The notes under the pieces were generated by a model. That model was given only the letters and a program-made list of their open reading frames with translations. It searched no databases and was not told the DNA's origin. This document shows positions 57,843 through 64,000 of a stretch of 64,000 nt of DNA, one piece after another. The translations under genes and the position numbers were made by a program. This DNA is from a virus. Every line of letters begins with the position of its first letter. Position 1 is the stretch's first letter. The stretch is taken from the IMG/VR virus record IMGVR_UViG_3300012923_000008, positions 7,050 through 71,049 of that record; one strand, 5' to 3'.

Positions 57843-58138
57843 GGTGGTTCTTCGTCGGTGGACGGGTTCCCTCCGGTACGCCCCACTCGCGGATTACGTA
57901 TCTTCCGACAGGGGAATAGAACCTTGACCGTGGCTCCATAGTAGAGGTAGAAGGTGCGGCTGAAAGGTCTACCATTGTGCTATGCGCAGCAAAGACCCAG
58001 AAACGTGGTGAACCCCTACCGTAGCTTTGGCGTAATTCGGCGGGGTCACTGACAATGATGCACAAAGCATGATTCGCGTGCTTAAGTTCGTCTTGGTACC
58101 CCTGTCCTTAGCTGGCAGGGGTGTACCAAAACCACTCT
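57841..58138 (+). ncRNA. Candidate structured RNA, copy B (about 300 nt)
   Basis: The ends pair (AGGGTGGTT/AACCACTCT); internal stems; shares its 3' module with 7230..7430. Confidence 0.5.
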
Positions 58139-58395
58139 TTCAAGGGGATTTGTTTCGTGATTGATCCAGGGAAATTCTGCAAGGTCGTGATCCAACCGGG
58201 AAGTAGTGCAAGTAAGTTCTTCCCGTTTAGTATAAGCGAAAGCGGACTTGCCGCGGAGTTGCGTCGATTTGCCGACGCAATTGAGTCGGGAACTGTTGTT
58301 CCGCAGAAAGTTCAGACTGGTGTAGTGGCACTACCGTCTGAGCATGCGAAGCAAGCCATTATGATCGAATTTGCTGAAGTCAAGGGGAGCTGATC

Positions 58396-58884
58396 TTGGC
58401 CGGTCTCTGTCAGGACTGCGATGCCTGTTGTAGAGTTTTCGAGGTGAAGACAACTTTGCAAGATAAAATCCCCTTGAACAAGCCGTTTGGAATTCCCTGT
58501 CAACATTTGGGTCACACGGTGCTTGGTCACGGTTGTACGATCTACAAAGACCGTCCCGACGCCTGTAATCATTACGTCTGCCTTTGGCTTGAAGCGGCAA
58601 GAAGCGTTTCTCGTAACGCTCCCGAGAATATGCGCCCCGACATCTCTGGCTGTGTACTCGGGTGGCCTTGGGGAGTAGATCGGGAAACCCTTCATGTATA
58701 CCCTATCCCGGGACACCCTAAGTACCCCGACGCTTGGAAATTCCCACCGGTGAGTGACTATCTTCAGGACCTTCTCCGCCGTGGTGGGAAACTTATGATC
58801 TTCGTCGAAGGTAAGCGCATTGCCATTCGCGGGGATATGGCTGTGATCGGAACCGAAGAAGAATTTGAACGACTAACAGGATAG
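58396..58884 (+). CDS. YkgJ-like cysteine-cluster protein
   Basis: CQDCDACC, C.HL, C.IY.DRP.AC and C.WL. Confidence 0.75.
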   Translation: MAGLCQDCDACCRVFEVKTTLQDKIPLNKPFGIPCQHLGHTVLGHGCTIYKDRPDACNHYVCLWLEAARSVSRNAPENMRPDISGCVLGWPWGVDRETLHVYPIPGHPKYPDAWKFPPVSDYLQDLLRRGGKLMIFVEGKRIAIRGDMAVIGTEEEFERLTG

Positions 58885-58897
58885 GAAGGACTTTTCT

Positions 58898-59335
58898 ATG
58901 TGGTTTCAATTCCCTACTGGACAGGACGCTATCTCAGTCGAACGGCAAATGTTTACCTCTGAATGGAAGAACGAGGAAGGTGTTCATTTCTTCCGTGCCC
59001 CGGGACATTTCTCCGGCAAACTTACCAAGGAGGGTGGCTGTAAGCTCTTGATTGCTCCCCCTCTAGGAGTACCGAAAGACTTGCCAGATATGCCGGCAAT
59101 TCAGATGCCACAGGCCGACGGTGCGGACGAGAAGCTCCTTTCTCTACAGGCTTCACTCTCTGACGAACGTTCCACTTCTTCCTCTCTTCGGGCTGAACTT
59201 GCGGCGAAGCTCCATGAAAATGATTCTCTTAAACTTCAGGTTCATGAACTCTCTGAGAGGATCAACGAACTAGAAGAGAAGATTTCCGACGACGATGACT
59301 CAGGACTAATCACCCTTCCTAAGAAAGGACGGTAA
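58898..59335 (+). CDS. Hypothetical protein with a C-terminal coiled coil
   Basis: GGAAGGA RBS; lies in the head-completion region. Confidence 0.6.
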   Translation: MWFQFPTGQDAISVERQMFTSEWKNEEGVHFFRAPGHFSGKLTKEGGCKLLIAPPLGVPKDLPDMPAIQMPQADGADEKLLSLQASLSDERSTSSSLRAELAAKLHENDSLKLQVHELSERINELEEKISDDDDSGLITLPKKGR

Positions 59336-59611
59336 GCCATGTCCGGACGCGGCTATCAGGGTCCGAGGGAGCGATACGGAGAACATAGGGTTCCGGGGAC
59401 CACTTTTGGATGCGGCATTCTTAACCGAGAAGCTCGGGAGAAGGAACTACGCTCTGCATCTTGGCCAGAAGGGGTTCATTTCGAGGATGCAGAAAAAGTA
59501 GAGAGGTCGTTGGTCTCTAAGTTCGACCATGAAATGAGTCAATCGTTCTGTGGTAATTCCACTGAGATGGCTTTTTGTAGTCGGTTCGCAGGTAGAGAAT
59601 AGACCCTTAGG

Positions 59612-60547
59612 ATGACTCTTTCTTCCGGCGATCTCACTACCCTACCCCGAGTTCAGCTCTGGCTCCCTGGGAGTGGAAGCACTGCTAACCCTCTTCTTAG
59701 TTCCATCATTATCCCTGACGCGTCAAGGACTATCACTAACAAGCTCAATCGGGCAAGACTTTTCTCTCAAACATTTGTTCGCACCATTGACGGAGTAGGG
59801 AATTATCAGGTCGTGCTTCCGGACTATCCGGTGACGGAAATTACTAGTCTTCAGGTCGGTGGACAATTGATTCTCGCCGCCCCGTTGCCGGTTCCAGGAC
59901 AGCCATTTCTTATCCCACAGAATGGGTTCGGGGGATTTGGATACAGGTTCGTTCCCTGGGGTGGGGATCTTCCCGGCGATCCGGCCGTAATAGAGATGGT
60001 AAACGGAACGTTCTATCGAGGTGTACAGAATGTAAAGGTGACGTACCAGGCGGGATACGAAGTCCAGGGCGAAGCTCACATAGTTCCCAATAGTCCCGGC
60101 CCGTACACGGTCACTACCTTTCAGCCGCAGGGGATTTGGTGTAGGGATAACGGAGTGGTGTACGCTAGTAATATGACGGGTCTAATGTCTACTACTATTT
60201 CCCCGCCACCGACTGGAAGTTACAATCCACCTCCCGATCCACCGGGAACCCTTGCCGCTTTGGGGCAATACACTTTCTCTCCTGGCGACGCAGGAAAAGA
60301 GATACTCCTTACCTATTCCTTCGTTCCGTCTGATCTGGAAATGGCCTGTATTCTACTCATTGCTGAGAGCTTTTCTTACCGGGACAGAATTGGACAGCTG
60401 GATAAGATCCTTGGAGGGCAAGAGACGATACGGTTCCTTCGCGGGGGGTTTCCCCGGCAGATGTTTCCTGACCTCCCGCCCGAGGTCGAGGCTCGGATTT
60501 GGCCATATGTGAATGTTATTCCACCTGCTATCGGAGCCCCTGTCTGA
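59612..60547 (+). CDS. Head-tail adaptor protein
   Basis: DLTTL..V..W, YPV..ITSL, NV.VTY.AGY and P.DLE.AC. Confidence 0.78.
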   Translation: MTLSSGDLTTLPRVQLWLPGSGSTANPLLSSIIIPDASRTITNKLNRARLFSQTFVRTIDGVGNYQVVLPDYPVTEITSLQVGGQLILAAPLPVPGQPFLIPQNGFGGFGYRFVPWGGDLPGDPAVIEMVNGTFYRGVQNVKVTYQAGYEVQGEAHIVPNSPGPYTVTTFQPQGIWCRDNGVVYASNMTGLMSTTISPPPTGSYNPPPDPPGTLAALGQYTFSPGDAGKEILLTYSFVPSDLEMACILLIAESFSYRDRIGQLDKILGGQETIRFLRGGFPRQMFPDLPPEVEARIWPYVNVIPPAIGAPV

Positions 60548-60788
60548 TGTCACATCCTCCTCTATCGGCATTTGCTTATGATCCAATAGATTATGTTATT
60601 AGTTGGTTTAAATGGAGACAACATCCAGGATTGATTTATTACAGCTGGCGCTGTCGAGAATCATACTCGTGGGTATGGGGTAGTTGGGTTAATTATCTTC
60701 CTTGGCGTTTACATATAGGTTTGTGGAATTATCTTTTTCACCGGAATGTAGACTGGAGGAAGCATGGCACTTGGTGGAGAGGGAAGAG

Positions 60789-60953
60789 ATGTTAGAGCTT
60801 CTCCTCATTGTTTTAGTCATAGTCCTTCTTCTAGGTCGATCCCCGGCGTGGACTAACACGGACCCGGTAGGGCTTTTTGTGACAGTTCTATTAATCGTCG
60901 TACTAATCGTGCTCTTCGGAAATGCGGTTGGACTTTTGCACTGGAGATACTAA
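60789..60953 (+). CDS. Small membrane protein (DUF3309-like)
   Basis: Two hydrophobic helices flanking LG.SP.W. Confidence 0.5.
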   Translation: MLELLLIVLVIVLLLGRSPAWTNTDPVGLFVTVLLIVVLIVLFGNAVGLLHWRY

Positions 60954-61426
60954 GTGAACGAAGATCGTAAGGCTACGTTTACCGTTACTACTATTCCAGA
61001 TAGTTCTATCCCTGTTGGGATGCTTGTTTTTATAAATGCTTTTGAGGAAAGTATAAGCTGTAAGTTGGGTGAGCAGCCTCCACTAGATTTCTTTCGACGA
61101 AACCCTGAGAGACTGGACGGAATGGTCATACGAGTACACCCTGATGAAATTGATAGTTTAAATAAAAGGCTTGAATTTTAATGTCTTCGATGGAAGTCCA
61201 CTCCATCCGCTATGAGTAACGATATGCACGGGACTGATCTCTATAATCCTCAATGCCGGTCAACCACCAACATTCGTCCAATAGAGTGTAAGGATTGTAC
61301 TATTAAACAATATCATTGGTGTCCATACTTCAATGGTTACGTTGATGATTTGGGTACAGATGATAAGACTTTGCAGAGTTGTATTAGCGTCTTTTATAAT
61401 CCAACACCATTTAGAGGATTTCCATA

Positions 61427-61840
61427 ATGCTTACGATAGAAATCGCCCATTATAAAGGATTAAATTACACTCCTGCGGTTTGTCTTGCTACCAAGGTTCA
61501 AGCAGAGCTTATCGCCAGTGGTAAATCTGAGCCCCTATTGTCCGTCGGATGGGATGACAATGCGATTGTGGCCTCTATTAATGAAAAAGAGGTTGGTCTC
61601 ATCACTTGGAGATATATTGAGTGGATTAGAACTGTGAATATACATCTGGGATGGGTCGACCCAGAATATCGTCGGAATGGGATTTATTCACAGATGTGGA
61701 GAGAATTAGTGCAGAAGGCTCGAGATTTAGAAGCGAAATGTATAACGGGAACAACGCATATGGATAACTACGCGATGCGTAAAGTTGCCAGGTCTATGGG
61801 CCGTGTCGAAATTTCTATAAATCTAAGTTATCGGTTATAA
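61427..61840 (+). CDS. GNAT acetyltransferase
   Basis: VDPEYRRNGI motif A and N..MR....MG. Confidence 0.82.
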   Translation: MLTIEIAHYKGLNYTPAVCLATKVQAELIASGKSEPLLSVGWDDNAIVASINEKEVGLITWRYIEWIRTVNIHLGWVDPEYRRNGIYSQMWRELVQKARDLEAKCITGTTHMDNYAMRKVARSMGRVEISINLSYRL

Positions 61841-61844
61841 TTCA

Positions 61845-62300
61845 ATGCTCTCGATAGAGATCAGCCCATCCCCCCGGTTCGGTGAAAAGATCTATGGTCT
61901 CTCTAATAGGATTCGTTCTAAATGGAACGCGAGGCTCGAAGAGACAGCGCACCTCTTGAAGGAAAAGGTCCTTCAGAATCTCGATGGCAAGATCCTTCAC
62001 AAGCGCAGTGGTCAGCTCTATGAGAGTATTCATGAAGAGACCTACTCTTCGGGGTATGACTTCGTTGCCTTCGTTGGCCCTATCCCGGCCACGCCGAAAG
62101 CCTATGCCCTAGAATTAGGAGGCAAAGGTGACTACATTATCCCTGTCGGTCCGAAGGGATTCCTGGCTTCTAAGTCTGGTGATTTTTTCTCTAAGCGGGA
62201 CGTTATTCATCCACCGAGTAAAGAGTACGCCTATCTCCGTACGGCGATGGAAGAAGTCGAGGCTACTATTCCTAGCGAGTTCTCGTTGGATCCAGAATGA
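61845..62300 (+). CDS. Neck/tail-completion protein (HK97 gp10-like)
   Basis: LHKRSGQL..SI, YALE.G and YLR.AM. Confidence 0.7.
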   Translation: MLSIEISPSPRFGEKIYGLSNRIRSKWNARLEETAHLLKEKVLQNLDGKILHKRSGQLYESIHEETYSSGYDFVAFVGPIPATPKAYALELGGKGDYIIPVGPKGFLASKSGDFFSKRDVIHPPSKEYAYLRTAMEEVEATIPSEFSLDPE

Positions 62301-62458
62301 GTTACTTTTTGGTAATCGAGGAAGAGGATGGATTTTATTGGATGGGGCGAGATAAGATGCCCATTGGGCCTTATAGAACACGGCAGGCCGCGGTAGATGG
62401 ATTTATAAAAGAAGATCATGTATCACAACAGCTAATTGATGACAGTGACACGGAATGA
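62297..62458 (+). CDS. 53-aa hypothetical protein (not in the ORF track), paralog of 27891..28076
   Basis: ATGA overlaps at both ends; DGFYWMGRD..IGPY.T...A. Confidence 0.6.
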   Translation: MSYFLVIEEEDGFYWMGRDKMPIGPYRTRQAAVDGFIKEDHVSQQLIDDSDTE

Positions 62459-62949
62459 TTACGCCACAGATACCATTTCCACCGGGGCCGAGGACTGCCA
62501 TCCGGGCAGGGATTATGACCTTGGTACAGGGAATGACCTTCGGAACCCCTATCAATGGGGCTTTGACTTGGCGAACCACGAGTCCTCGTCTCAAGCTCTG
62601 GGCAGACGTTCCGAGCCAAGAACAACCAGCTGCCTTTGTCACCAAACACCGCGAGCGTCGTGAAATTGCCAGAATCCCTATCCAGGCCGGACTTGAAGTT
62701 CGCTACCTTCATTTGTCGATTTATTGCTACTCTCGTACTGATGATCCTGTTAGTGTTGGCAGCGATGATCTCGACATTATGATGGAAGCCTTCGATGCAG
62801 CCTTTACCCCTGACAAGATGGGAACCCTATTATTAACACTCGGTGGCTTAGCTTACTACGCCCGCATGGAAGGTCAGATCTTCCAGGATCCGGGCGACAT
62901 AGACAATCAGGCAATGATGATCGTACCAGTAGTGGTGGAGATGCCATGA
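62455..62949 (+). CDS. Tail terminator protein
   Basis: RLKLW.DV...QPA, TLGGL and EG.I..DPGD.D.Q; precedes the tail tube gene. Confidence 0.72.
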   Translation: MITPQIPFPPGPRTAIRAGIMTLVQGMTFGTPINGALTWRTTSPRLKLWADVPSQEQPAAFVTKHRERREIARIPIQAGLEVRYLHLSIYCYSRTDDPVSVGSDDLDIMMEAFDAAFTPDKMGTLLLTLGGLAYYARMEGQIFQDPGDIDNQAMMIVPVVVEMP

Positions 62950-62958
62950 GAAGGACTC

Positions 62959-63033
62959 ATGTGCCTTCTCACGATCAGAGAGTCTTACTGGTATGGCAAG
63001 ATCAAGAGCTTCCTTCTAGTGGAGATGCCGTGA
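62959..63033 (+). CDS. 24-aa mini-ORF ending VEMP
   Basis: AAGGA RBS; MCLLTIRESYWYGKIKSFLLVEMP; TGATG-coupled to the next gene. Confidence 0.45.
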   Translation: MCLLTIRESYWYGKIKSFLLVEMP

Positions 63034-63470
63034 TGAGTGAAGAGAAAGAACAATCAGTGGTTAACCCTGCTGAACGTATTCCTGAACCAAATGTGGTACT
63101 CAGACAAGTACTCCAGATCATCGACGATTGGGAACAGGACTACTTTGTTCCTATCTCACTCGCTCCGCACACTAAGGCCCATATGGACAATGCGATCGCT
63201 CAGTTGAAGGAAAGAGTCAAAGGACTTTCTCTGTGACCGTACTTGTAGGTCGGCTTGTCTCCGGCCCGAAGATGCTAGAGATCATTGACCTCGAAATTGG
63301 CTCTACGGAGCAGGCTCGGCAGTGGTACGTTGATCTTGTCTCCTCTTTCGGCATTTCTCGAACCTCTCCCTCTTTCCTCCCGACGCCGTTAAGCCCAGAT
63401 GAGCTTCGGGAAATAAATAACTCAGCTGGGCAACAACGACGACTAAACCTCACTTAGGAGTAATTACGCT

Positions 63471-64000
63471 ATGGAACTGCTCTTTGGTATCGGTGCCCTT
63501 TGGGGACAGAGGGTGGACGTGAACGGAAACAATATCGGAATCGGTCCCCACCAGTTCGCGATCATTCAAGACACGAGTGTGGACTTCGATTTCGAAACGA
63601 AGGAACTCTACTCGCAGCTCGGCTTTCCCGTCGACGCCGCCCGCGGTAAGGGCAAGGTTACGGCGAAGAGCAAGATGGCTCGGGTTTATACAGCCATTTA
63701 TGCTGACATCTTCTTCGGTGAGACGTTCGCCGCTGGGGAGATCAATGTCTCACAGAACGAGCTCGTGACACTTGGGGCGGGTGGTCTTTATACTGTCACG
63801 CATTCGGCGGCATTTGTAGCTGACCTCGGCGTCTTCGTCAACGCTGGCGGTCAGCTTTTCCTCGCGTATTCGACTACCGCCCCGAGCAATACCCAATACG
63901 GTGTGAGTACTGCCGGAGTGTATACGTTCAATACTTCTATCGCCGGGACGCAGTTGGCGATCAGCTACGTCTACACTGATTCCGGCGGGTTCGAGTTCAC
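63471..64000 (+). CDS. Major tail (tube) protein, 5' part
   Basis: AGGAG RBS; MELLFGIG.LW...Q..SVDF....KELY.Q..FP...ARGKGK; runs off the window. Confidence 0.82.
   Translation, partial: MELLFGIGALWGQRVDVNGNNIGIGPHQFAIIQDTSVDFDFETKELYSQLGFPVDAARGKGKVTAKSKMARVYTAIYADIFFGETFAAGEINVSQNELVTLGAGGLYTVTHSAAFVADLGVFVNAGGQLFLAYSTTAPSNTQYGVSTAGVYTFNTSIAGTQLAISYVYTDSGGFEF

Noticed and set aside
1-64000. Genome-wide amber (TAG) recoding
   Set aside because: Core genes are intact in code 11 and many end properly at TAG followed by an RBS and start. Only one in-frame TAG junction (9619) was seen, and it has its own RBS.
1-64000. Integrase, reverse transcriptase/DGR, or transposase explaining the insertions
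   Set aside because: No such motifs were recognised in this window. A few kb of the genome (tail tube to TMP N-terminus) lie outside it.

Overview
This window is most of a circularly permuted tailed phage genome (siphovirus-like), probably infecting an alphaproteobacterium. That host call rests on the GTA-type tail-tip module, a DUF6362-like regulator, a TPR-GT9 protein and RegA/RegR-like boxes. On the + strand, 1-13.3 kb holds the tape-measure C-terminus, Dit, a lysis cassette, hub, NlpC/P60, a split central tail protein and fibre/decoration-like genes. On the - strand, 13.3-39.2 kb holds two exported LamG-like paralogs, dNMP kinase, a DUF3987 ATPase, a split family-A DNA polymerase (UDG-exonuclease plus polymerase), dCTP deaminase, an SSB-like gene, RecT, a Cas4-like nuclease, HIRAN, DUF5672, CobT/CobS and many tiny early genes. 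An AT-rich inverted-repeat element marks the strand switch at about 39.3 kb. On the + strand, 39.8-64 kb holds terminase, a portal-InPase fusion, glycosyl- and methyltransferases, prohead protease, capsid, neck genes and the start of the major tail protein. No integrase, tRNA or CRISPR array was seen. The most unusual signals are: (1) at about 10 gene junctions a small accessory ORF repeats the terminal peptide of its neighbour, mostly with synonymous codon changes; (2) two related structured non-coding elements lie in the late operons; (3) RegA/PrrA-like boxes abut two leftward promoters; (4) TerL has no canonical start codon for its ATPase domain; (5) the tape-measure protein is punctuated by ten [FL]xxGG motifs. 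All family calls come from motif recognition by eye, not from database searches.
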